Assembly (NCBI GenBank): GCA_951406725.2 | Contig: OX597836.1 | Location: forward strand, 33,294,001 to 33,358,000 | Length of the DNA: 64,000 nucleotides | Direction of reading: 5' to 3' | DNA from: Octopus vulgaris | Lineage: Eukaryota | Shown: piece by piece, positions 53,373 to 64,000 of the stretch | Position numbering within the stretch: position 1 is the first letter of the stretch | Layout: each line of letters begins with the position of its first letter | Made by a program: the position numbers and the translations under genes | The notes under the pieces: model-generated | Databases searched by the model: none | Seen by the model: only the letters and a program-made list of their open reading frames with translations | Told to the model about the DNA's origin: nothing

Positions 53373-54088
53373 GCAAAGAGGATCACACTGATGATCTACA
53401 GATAAATTGTGTAAGTAAAATTATGTAATTTATTGATAGTGAAACAATTGTTTGTGATTAATCTATATTTCTGTTATTTTTCATTTGTCTTGCTCGCTTA
53501 CGCTTCTGGTGTGCAAAATTTTCTGGAGAACAATTCTTAGTGGTTGAGACCATACTGGATCTTTTTCTAGCATAAGGGTTTCCACATAGTGGTTAAAAAA
53601 TTAACAGTTTAGATCTTAATTATAAGAAAAAAAAAATATGAAACCATTATTTTATGCTAATTTAGTTAATTTTGTCAAGCTCCCTTTTCAGTTTGTAGGA
53701 TGGGAATTTAAATGAAATAAAATGTTTTCAAAGAAATTCAAAATGCTTACATGATAACTGTAAACCTACTTTTGTGCCACCCTGTATATTATGTGTGTGT
53801 GTGTGAGTGTGAGAACGCATAGCCTAGTGATTAGGGTGCGGCACCCATGATTGCACCTGCTGGTGTGTTATGACCTGGAGCGAAATAATTCATCTCATCA
53901 TGTTTTGGTGATCACTTCAACACCTGACGTGTAATATACCATGCACCTGTACAGGCAATATCAATTTGATGGAAGGAGGGAGTTAGTGTACAGGACATAT
54001 TTGATCCCTATAAACAAATCATTCGAGCAGGTTGTTTGGGGCAAAACAGCTGAACGCTCATATATCGTCTTTGACAGAAGAGTCCATC

Positions 54089-54126
<38 letters not shown>

Positions 54127-54298
54127 TGTTAAATAAAATCCATGTAGAATGCTCTACAAAGCTCATCCACAGTTATTGGCTAACTGATGTCATCATACAG
54201 TGGAAGTGTTCTTGCTCTTGGATATACATTAAGAATTCCATAGTATCCTTTGAATTTATATAAATATATAAATGTTCATTCCATTTTCTATCATTTAT

Positions 54299-54338
<40 letters not shown>

Positions 54339-54341
<3 letters not shown>

Positions 54342-54600
54342 GGAGAGTTTACAAAGAAAACAAAAGACGAAGACTGGTGGTGTATAAAACAAACAGATGT
54401 ATTAGTATAACGCTCATGAATAGAAAAAGTCTTTTATGTTTCGAGCCTACGCTCTTCTACAGAAAGGGACACAGAAAAAACAAGGAGAGAATCCGTAAAG
54501 GGTAGATAAAGAGTAGATAAAGAGTCCAGTGGAGAAGTTCGTGTGTGGTAAGAAATGACAAGATCAACATGTGCAACCACGTGAGTGTGTGATATATGGG
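54339..54600 (-). mobile_element. PLE pLTR fragment with CUGUAGA HHR-like motif (54431-54466)
   Basis: Minus CTTT-CTGTAGA-A-GAGC-GTAG-GCTC-GAAA-CA-TA-AAAG; homologous to 5511-5633. Confidence 0.65.
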
Positions 54601-55112
54601 GAGAGTACATACACACACACACACATACTCTTTCTCATACACACACTAAGGTCCAGGAAGAGTAATGATATGGAGCCCTTCTCCTTCTTCTTCTGAGCTC
54701 ATCTCTATCTGTTTTGGTACTGCTTGTCTATTGCATGATTTGTCATTTCGCAATTTTATTTTATTGTCGTTTATACTTCTTGTTTCTTCCCCCCCCACCC
54801 CACCCCCGGATATAAGCAAAATAAACACTTAGCAGATAGATGCACAATGAAGGAGTGCACTTTTGGATACAAATAAGTAAATGCCGCTATAACACAGGAC
54901 TTCTTATGTTGAACTTTCAGAATACAATGGTGTCCAAAAACAGAGTTTAGAGAAACAATTGTAACTGGTCCTTAAAGATGTGTTAAACCCTTTCTTCTTA
55001 TTTGGTTCATATCTTACCCTTCGCTAAAACCACACATACAGTGGTGGTGGTGGGGACCATTAATAACAGAACACACATACACAAATATGTATATATTATA
55101 TATATATATATA

Positions 55113-55870
55113 TCATCATCATCATCGTTTAATGTCCGCTTTCCATGCTAGCATGGGTTGGATGATTTTGACTGAGGGCTGGCGAACCAGATGGCTGCAC
55201 CAGGCTCCAATCTTGATTTGGCAGAGTTTCTACCGCTGGATGCCCTTCCTAACACCAACCACTCCGAGAGTGTAGTGGGTGCTTTTTACGTGCCACAGAT
55301 GGAGAAAAAAGGGCAACAAGAAAAAAAAAACAACAATGCTAGGACATGGTACATGCAAAGTGTTAAGAAGATGCTCGGGGAAGGAAGGAAAGAATGTTTT
55401 ACACATTTTGAGCAAAGCTTTTCTTCGGAAACAGGAGAGAGAGAGGAAAGTCCAAAAGATGGAGAGAAAAAAAAATTGTCAACAATAGGTGCAGGAGTGG
55501 CTGAGTGGAAAGTAGCTTGCTTACCAACCACATGGTTCTGGGTTCAGTCCCAGTGCATGGCATCTTGGGCAAGCGTCCTCTACTATAGCCTTGGGCTGAC
55601 CGAAGCCTTATGAGTGGATTTGGTAGACGGAAACTGAGAGAAGCCATCATACACATATGTGTGTGTGTGTGTGTCTGTATGTGTGTGTTTGTCCCCCAAC
55701 ATTGCTTGACAATCGATGCTGGTGTGTTGACGTCCCTGTAACTTAGCGGTTTGGCTAAAGATGGCGATAGAATAAGTACTAAGGCTTACAAAGAATAAGT
55801 CCTGGGGTCAATTTGTTCGACTAAAGGCAGTGCTCCAGCAAGGCCACAGTCAAATGACAAAACAATAAAA
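55113..55870. mobile_element. Stack: V-SINE 55113-55297 (-), PLE fragment 55300-55485 (-), family A SINE 55488-55870 (+)
   Basis: Matches to families seen elsewhere in the window. Confidence 0.8.
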
Positions 55871-56195
55871 TTATCAATGTGTAGTTATATTTTGGGTGCT
55901 TTTATATATGTATATATATGCATATCTATCTATCTATCTATATATATATATATAAGCACCCACCACACACTGTAAAGTGGTTGGTGCTAGAAAGGGCATT
56001 CAGTCATAGAAGCCATGTCAAATCAGACTGGAGTCTAGTGCTGCCCCCACCAGCTTGCCATCTCTGGTCACACCATCCAACCCATGCCAGCATGGACAAC
56101 AGACATTAAATGATGATGCTAATGATATATATATACATATATATGTATGTGTGTGTATATATATATATATATATATACATATATATGTATGTGTG

Positions 56196-56226
<31 letters not shown>

Positions 56227-56838
56227 TTAACAACTGGCATCACAATTAACAATTATAATTCCTAACTTTAAAGAACATTATCAGTGTTTGTCACCCCCCC
56301 CTCTCTCTCTCTCTCCCTCTGGCCCTTCAAATTCTCACTTAAACCCCTCCGAAAAGCACTACAACATAAGTGCAGAGATGTCAAGCTTCCAACAAAAATT
56401 CCATGAGTGTATGTGCGTACACACACACACACACACACACACACAGAGGACTAGACATGATCATCATCATCATCATCAACATTTAGTGGTATTATTGGCA
56501 GTGGCAGCAACAGCAGCAGTGGTGGTGGTGGTGGTGATGGTAGAAATGGTAGTAGTAGTAGTAGTATTTGAAATAAATGCGGAGGAGGGTGTGATGATGG
56601 TGCCAGGGTGACAAGAGAGGGAGGTACAGAATTTCCAAGTTCTGGTTGACAAGGGGGTAAATGTCACAGGAAACAGACTGGAGATTGGAATGGGGGTAGT
56701 GGGTGGGGTAGTGGGTAGGGTTGCGAGTACTGTGTGGAGGAGGCAAAAAAAAACTAACAAAAAAATAAAATAAAAACACCATCTACACATATATATATAT
56801 ATGATGTATGTATATATACATATAATTTTATGTATACG

Positions 56839-56883
<45 letters not shown>

Positions 56884-56890
56884 ACGTATG

Positions 56891-56921
<31 letters not shown>

Positions 56922-57048
56922 ATGTATACGTATGTATATATATATATATATATTTTTATGTATACGTATGTATATATATATATATATATATATAATTTTA
57001 TGTATACGTATGTATATATATATATATATATATAATTTTATGTATACG

Positions 57049-57086
<38 letters not shown>

Positions 57087-57235
57087 CCTATGTAAAGATG
57101 CAAAACCATTTACAATTTTTTTGGGGAGAGGAAGAGAAATGAAAGAATAAAAATAGTCACTTTTAATGAAATCTATTCACACACACACACACACACACAC
57201 ACACGTAATAATATTTAAGTACATACTGTTATGTT

Positions 57236-57287
<52 letters not shown>

Positions 57288-57619
57288 CAGATATATACAT
57301 AATATATCTATACATATATACAAGCACACACACACAGGCGTAATATATTTATACATATATATGCACACACACACACATACATACATACACAGACATATAC
57401 ATAAATACATATACACGTACATACATACATTGTATACACATGCCAGTAAGGAAAACGGATGCTAAATGATGATGACAATCATGCATCGACTCAAACACAG
57501 ACAAAAACATTATTTAGTTGCAGCTCATATTAAAAAAAAAAAAGGGACCCATTTGTTACAATCAATATTAACCCTCCAACTGCCTCCTTTGTATTAGATG
57601 TGACATATTTCTCCATATA

Positions 57620-57790
57620 GGCGCAGGAGTGGCTGTGTGGTAAGTAGCTTGTTTACCAACCACATGGTTCCGGGTTCAGTCTCACTGCATGGCACCTTGG
57701 GCAAGTGTCTTCTACTTTAGCCTCGGGCTGACCAAAGCCTTGTGAGTGGATTTGGTAGACGGAAACTGAAAGAAGCCCGTCGTATATATG

Positions 57791-57825
<35 letters not shown>

Positions 57826-58036
57826 ATGTTTGTGTGTCTGTGTTTGTCCCCACTAGCATTGCTTGACAACTGATGCTGGTGTGTTTATGTCCCCGTTACT
57901 TAGCGGTTCGGCAAAAGAGACCAATAGAATAAGTACTGGGCTTACAAAAGAATAAGTCCCGGGGTCGAGTTTCTCGATTAAAGGAGGTGCTCCAGCATGG
58001 CCGCAGTCAAATGACTGAAACAAGTAAAAGAGTAAA
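57620..58036 (+). mobile_element. Family A SINE, full length
   Basis: Match to family A. Confidence 0.9.
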
Positions 58037-58059
58037 GGAGAGTATTACTCTGGGAATCT

Positions 58060-58270
58060 GAGAAGGTGCTGAGCAGTTCCTGATCTTAAGAGTATCACAA
58101 AAGGCTCGGTTGGTGGAGCAACCCGCTGAGTTCTTTTACAATGCTACGAAAAACTGAAGGGCCGCTGCAAGGAGTGTGGGAATTTGAGAGGGAAATACGT
58201 TGAATAAAATCATAATTGACTGATTCTCCTGTATTTTCTCTTAACCCAAAACCAGGATCTTTTCAGCAGA
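58060..58270 (+). mobile_element. mariner-derived deletion element
   Basis: TIR remnants TGCTGAGCAGTTCCTG / CAGGATCTTTTCAGCA; 58151-58207 reads KLKGRCKECGNLRGKYVE*, resembling the mariner transposase C-terminus. Confidence 0.65.
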
Positions 58271-58346
58271 TGTACTGGCAACTCGGGCAGTCGCCCTGGG
58301 TGCCAAGGATATTTATGAAAATATATACACAAACACACAAATCATC

Positions 58347-58397
<51 letters not shown>

Positions 58398-58462
58398 CGA
58401 ATGTGTACCGGTGGCGAATTTTTTCCTCCACCTTCCCTTCTTTGGATCTTTCCTTCTCCTAT

Positions 58463-58497
58463 GTTTCTGACGAAGAGCTCTGCTTGAAACGTTAAAC
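58463..58497 (+). ncRNA. Minimal type I hammerhead ribozyme in a PLE pLTR fragment (58405-58600)
   Basis: GTTT-CTGACGA-A-GAGC-TCT-GCTT-GAAA-CG-TT-AAAC. Confidence 0.75.
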
Positions 58498-58744
58498 CCT
58501 TCTTCTTTCCTGAGCGTCCAATAACACTATACTTGTTCCACGTCCTCGCGTTGTTGTGTTTTCTCTTTGTGTTTTCATGTTTGGATTAACTATATATATA
58601 AACTTGGGTCCCAGATTATCCATTCTGGATTGTCCTTTTTTCTGATGTTCTTCCTAGAGAGAGTTGTATCGTTATCGGCTGCTATTTCCAGCAAACACTG
58701 GTGCCTTGCTGTACCACTATTTCTTATTGAGAGAGAGTCAATTC

Positions 58745-58935
58745 AATGAACAAACAATTCAAAACAAAGAATAAAAAACGAAAAGAAACAAAAACGAACG
58801 CGAGGACGTACACAAAAATTATATTAGTTTGAATCTAGGTGAAAGGAGAGAGTTTTTTTTATGTTTCGAGCACAGGCTCTTCGTCGGAAAGGTGAAACAA
58901 GTCCAAAGAAGAAAAACCAAAATCGACCCACTTGT
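58745..58935 (-). mobile_element. PLE pLTR fragment with degenerate HHR, inverted relative to 58405-58600
   Basis: Minus TTT-CCGACGA-A-GAGC-CTGT-GCTC-GAAA-CATA-AAA; shared CGTCCTCGCGTT. Confidence 0.65.
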
Positions 58936-59319
58936 GGTTATACACATAGAGACACACACACACACACACACACACTACTTCGATATTTGCAATTCACTAG
59001 GTATGGAAGCAACATTTTTAAAAAAATGATTTTTTTTTTTGAGTAAGAATAATTTCACAGGAAATCAAATCATATCTGACCCAAATTCTTAAAAACTCAG
59101 GGGGACCAGACTTTTGAAGTTCAAAATCTGTGACTAGAACCTGCAGACCTCTATCCAACAGACAGACATATAAATATGCCTTTTATGTACGATCATATTT
59201 GACGACAGCCAAATGAAATCAGGAAAGGCAGGACATTTTATTTTTTTTTACATGAAGGAAGTCCATATCCTGTAAACTTCGAACTCACAGTCAACCTTTT
59301 CATTAGGTGCGTATGGCAC

Positions 59320-59411
59320 AGATAAATAGATAGACAGATAGATAGACGGGACAGACAGACGGGATGGATAGATAGGCAGGAAAGATAGACAGGAGATAGA
59401 TAGACAGACAG

Positions 59412-59448
<37 letters not shown>

Positions 59449-59508
59449 GATAGACAGACAGGATAGATAGATAGGATAGATAGATAGGATAGATAGATAG
59501 ATAGATAG

Positions 59509-59578
<70 letters not shown>

Positions 59579-59924
59579 GATAGATAGATAGACAGGATAG
59601 ATAGATAGGATAGATAGATAGACAGGATAGATAGATAGGATAGATAGATAGACAGGATAGATAGATAGACAGGATAGATAGATAGACAGACAGACAGGAT
59701 AGATAGATAGACAGACAGGATAGATAGGATAGATAGACAGACAGACAGACAGGATAGATAGGATAGATAGATAGACAGACAGACAGGATAGATAGATAGG
59801 ATAGATAGATAGACAGACAGGATAGATAGATAGATATATAGAAAGACAGGATAGATAGACAGGATAGATATATAGATAGATAGACAGACAGATCGATAGA
59901 CTGGTGGATAGACATACTAGTGGA

Positions 59925-59960
<36 letters not shown>
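59320..59960. repeat. (GATA)n/(GACA)n microsatellite
   Basis: Direct. Confidence 0.95.
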
Positions 59961-60179
59961 ACTCGCAGCTAGCTAGATAAGCAGAAAATACAACTGGAAA
60001 AAATAACCGCGACAGAAAATAGAATAGAAAGAGAGAATGTGAGTGATTGAGAGAGCGATATTGCAGAGTAGGAGGGAGAAAGAAAAAGAACACGCTATAG
60101 AAATGGGGGAAAAAACCCCAAAAAACAAAAGCTGGAATCACCAAAGTTGCACAGTCTATGTGTGTGTGTGAATGAGCAG

Positions 60180-60570
60180 CAAGGATTGGACATGGACCAC
60201 GCGCATGTGCGTGCGATATGTATGTGTAAATATATATATACACACACATATACACCCTACTTGCATATATCTCCACCACCAATCAGACAAAGCGAGCGGT
60301 CCGCTCTGTCCTCCCGCCTAACCCCTTTGCTCTGTCTGCTGCTCTGTGTGCCTGCCTGCCTGCTGCACCATAAAGTCCAGCAGCCAAGCAGCCAGCCAGC
60401 CTGCCGGCTATGGGCAAATAGAGTGTGCCCGCTGTACAAATAATGATCTACAAATGTGCCGAACACCAGTCCACTGCCGGCAGTTGTAAAAATTGGGTTT
60501 GTGTGGTCGACGACGGGTAAGAGGCGGCCCGCTGTGAATATGAATGTATTAGGCCGACATACGACAGCAG
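60180..60570. promoter_or_regulatory. CpG/GC-rich promoter- or enhancer-like region
   Basis: ATTGG 60185, NRF-1-like CGCGCATGTGCG 60200-60211, CCAATCA 60279, GC-box-like CTCCCGCCTA 60311; non-repetitive. Confidence 0.45.
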
Positions 60571-60836
60571 AAAAATACATATATAAAAAAAAAGTATAAC
60601 AAAAAAGAAGAGAAGAAAATCAAATCAATAGAGTGCGACATTTAAAGCTGGACTGGCAGATTACATTCTCCCTACCAAACCCTGCCATATCTCTTTTCTT
60701 TCTCTCCCCGCCTTTCTCTCTCTCTCTCTCACGTACGTATACACAGACGTACATGCGGAGAGACCCAGCAAGAGAACTTCTACGTGGTACTATAAGCTAC
60801 TTGAAATAGTAGTCAAATATCCTTTAAATCAGTGTT

Positions 60837-61530
60837 CAGCGGTGCCCCCAACCTTTTTATTTTCTGCACCACGAACCCTTTTCATGGAAGTCAAATTTTC
60901 CCATAGACCAAAGGACCACGCGCATAACAAAACATGAGTATAATATCTAAATTTATTTAAATGATATGATTTTATTATGACAAATATAATAGGTATATAA
61001 TGCAAAAATAGCTGAGGCGATCGTCAATGAAACAGAAATAAAACTTGAAAATTTGTTTTTTCTGTATAGGTTGATACCAAATGACCCACGGTCTGGGGAT
61101 CTTTTCGGTTTGACCGGCAGTTTTTTAAAATAATTTCCACGTAACTAAACACTTTTAAACTTCGTATACTCGTAGAATGTGTTTATAAAACATCTTTTTC
61201 TCTTGGCTTTATTGAGAAAATTCTATAGGTTGTAAGATTTGTTTTTTTCTTCAATTTCTGCAATTTCAACCAATCACTGACGTCCATTGAGGTAAAAAGC
61301 ATTCTGTGCTTATGAATATGTCCCTCGTTTAAGAAACAGATTGGATTTATTTACATTTCCGAAGAAAAAAAGATACCCTTCCCCCCACCCCTAACCCTAA
61401 AACAGATTGAAATGTAATAGATCGATACTAGGGTCATAATTATGGGTGACAATGTCATATGACACAGCTAGTAAAAACTGCCGTTCAAACCGAAAAGATC
61501 CCGTTCTGGTGCTGGTTTGCGGTCCCGGCT
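60837..61530. mobile_element. hAT-type MITE remnant hosting a nested TIR element
   Basis: CAGCGGTGCCCCCAACCTTTT terminus typical of Charlie-like hAT elements. Confidence 0.5.
61096..61502. mobile_element. MITE with ~30-bp TIRs
   Basis: GGGATCTTTTCGGTTTGACCGGCAGTTTTT / AAAAACTGCCGTTCAAACCGAAAAGATCCC; flanks GGTCTG / GTTCTG. Confidence 0.85.
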
Positions 61531-62684
61531 TCAAATAACAATGCAATTTGGAGAAAAAGGGGACAGAGGGATTAAACATTAAATATGTAGTGCATGATAT
61601 TTTAAAAAAATTTTATTTTAGGAACTGATCGTCTCGGCCAAAATATCATTAATCAGATGTGTTCAAATCACAGGTGAAAGGGGGCTAGCAAGACCTGGAA
61701 TGGTGCTATGGTGTTGATTCAAGGCGAGGGAAGGTCCACAGGAGCACATCAATGGATGAAACTTTGCCAACCATCTTTATTTCCAGGTCCTAGCCAAATT
61801 AGTCTCAAGGTTTCTCACTATCTTTAAAAAGACGTTGAAGACAATGACAACAGTCGGAAAATATAGAAGACGAAAACTTTGAAATTATATACAATACCGG
61901 ATTTTTTATCTAGCTTCCAAAATTACGGAATTCTCAGAGATACGGATAATACTATGCAATATCCACACAATACACAGTAACCTGTATTGGGTAAACACCC
62001 TGTTTTTGATGTTAGATAATCTGCATACGGTATTTCTTCCGGCCCCAAGCTTGCCGGATAATGTTACGGTACTGCATTGTGAAGAAATGGCGAACCTCTC
62101 AAAAGACAGCAAAGCACCTGAGAATCGTAGGAGACATAACACTGAAGTTAACCGAAAGGAATTTTCTTCCTATGGGATATTTCCACCATACTAAAAAAAA
62201 GTACCACGAAGTACCATTACGTTTTTGTGTATCGCTAGCATCAATTCAGCGGTGTTTCAACGAGACTAATGCGTTTGGTGAATCACCAGACATGCTATGA
62301 TAAGATACGGTTGAATTAGTTTATCATGCAGGCATTATCGAAGCCGGATTCCTTCTCTAGGTCTCGTACCAGACAGCTTCGTCCCTGCAACTTATTTACT
62401 GTACTACTTCACGCATTTTTTCTTTCTCTAAATGTTCTTTGTCATAATCTGGACTCGATATCTGTTGCTTGTCTATCCTTTGTTCTACGATATCTATTTT
62501 ATCTATGAAGGCAGCGGCTAATTGACTTAATTTAATAAACACCCAAACGTAGAAAATTTAATTAAATACACTGAAAAATGTAATTGCATTCATTATGAAA
62601 ATGCAATTATAACCATTAAAGCAAGAAATAAAAAATATAAATTGACCTTTTAATTAATGTTTGTGTATGTATGTATGCATGTAC

Positions 62685-62726
<42 letters not shown>

Positions 62727-63084
62727 CCTATATAATTATCAGTAGACACAAATTTTAAGGGCGTTAAGTGTGGCCTTTAATAACGAAGGTAATTCAAACT
62801 CAAGGTAACCTCGGGCCCGTTTTTTTTTTTGTTTTAAATATTACAGAAACGCTTTAAAACAATATGCTTTGACACCCACGTTAACATTTAAAACCGTTAT
62901 TCCTTTTCGTTTAGACAGTGTAAACTTAAGCGTATTTTGCATTGAAGGGTTAGAGATAGTTACGGTATTGAAGGTGGCGAGCTGGCTAAATCATGAGCGG
63001 TATTGCTTCCGGTCAATTAGGTTCAAATGCCGCCGAGGTCGACTTTACCTTCAATCATTCAGGGTTCGATAAAATAAACCAGTC

Positions 63085-63700
63085 AGGCGCGGCTGTGTGA
63101 TAAAGAAGCTTGTTTCCCAACAACATCGTTCTGAGTTCAGTCCCATTGCGTGACTACTTGGGCAGGACGACCAAAGCCTTGTGAATGGAGATTTGGTAGA
63201 TGGAAACTGAAAGAAGCCCGTCGTATATATGTATATGTGTCTGTGTTTGTCCCTTCACTATCGCTTGACAAACGATACTGGGGTGTTTACGCCCCCAAAA
63301 CTTAGCAGTTCGTCAAAATAACCGATAGAATATACTTTTATTTGTCATTTGACTACGGCCATGCTGTAGCACCGCCTTTAGTCGAACAAATCGACCCTAG
63401 GACTTATTTCTTTGTAAGCCTAGTACTTATTCTATCGGTCTCTTTTGCAGAACCGCTAAGTTACGGGGACGTAAACACATCGTTGTCAAGCGATGGTGGG
63501 GACGACAAACACACACCCAAAGACACATATATACGACGGGCTTCTTTCAGTTTCCGTCTACCAAATCCACTCACAAGGATTTGGTCGACCCGGGGTTACA
63601 GTAGAAGACACTTGCCCAAGGTGCTACGCAGTGGGACTGAACCCGGAACGATGCGGTTAGTAAGCAAGTTACTTACCACACAGCCACTCCTACGTCCGCG
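63085..63700. mobile_element. Adjacent inverted family A SINEs (63085-63332 +, 63340-63700 -)
   Basis: Match to family A. Confidence 0.85.
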
Positions 63701-64000
63701 CCTGAAGCCACTCACAATGAGCACAGTGATAGTTTCGCCTGGCCAGGGCTGACCTAGGGTTGAAGAAAACAGCCATTAAAAAGAACCCCCACCACCACCA
63801 CTAACAACAACAACAACAACATTAAGCACTAATACGTGCCCCACCTCCATTCTCTCTTTATCACATCCATCTACGACTAGCAGCCACCAGAACTGATGAT
63901 AACAAGTATCAGTGCAAACATCGTTAACGCCACCACAATCATCAGCGCCGTTAATAAAGGCGAAGCTAGTGAGATTAGGAAGGAAGTAAACGGCATGAGT

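Noticed and set aside
61860-62520. Unique CpG-containing stretch with short ORFs
   Set aside because: No recognisable motif in any frame; it cannot be called.

Overview
This is AT-rich, repeat-saturated eukaryotic DNA. The SINE repertoire (tRNA/CORE-type, Meta-domain, V-domain) and the dense (TA)n/(CA)n/(AAT)n/(GATA)n tracts point to a coleoid cephalopod, most likely Octopus (inference). No complete protein-coding gene is supported; the supplied ORFs are read-throughs of microsatellites or SINEs. The window looks intronic or intergenic, with one well-formed 68-nt minus-strand exon (35561-35628) and a CpG-rich promoter-like patch near 60.2-60.6 kb. The most interesting layer is a set of minimal type I hammerhead ribozyme (HHR) motifs of the Penelope-like element (PLE) kind, from at least five sequence families with different core variants. 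These include a 296-bp TSD-flanked element that fuses a tRNA-derived Pol III head to an HHR-bearing tail (36456-36751), and fold-back elements whose HHR carries a compensatory U3-A8 pair. Also present are head-to-tail Meta-SINE multimers with a fixed palindromic junction, a 158-bp indel-free hairpin, several MITEs, a Helitron and minisatellites. All coordinates and folds were read by eye, so repeat boundaries are approximate.
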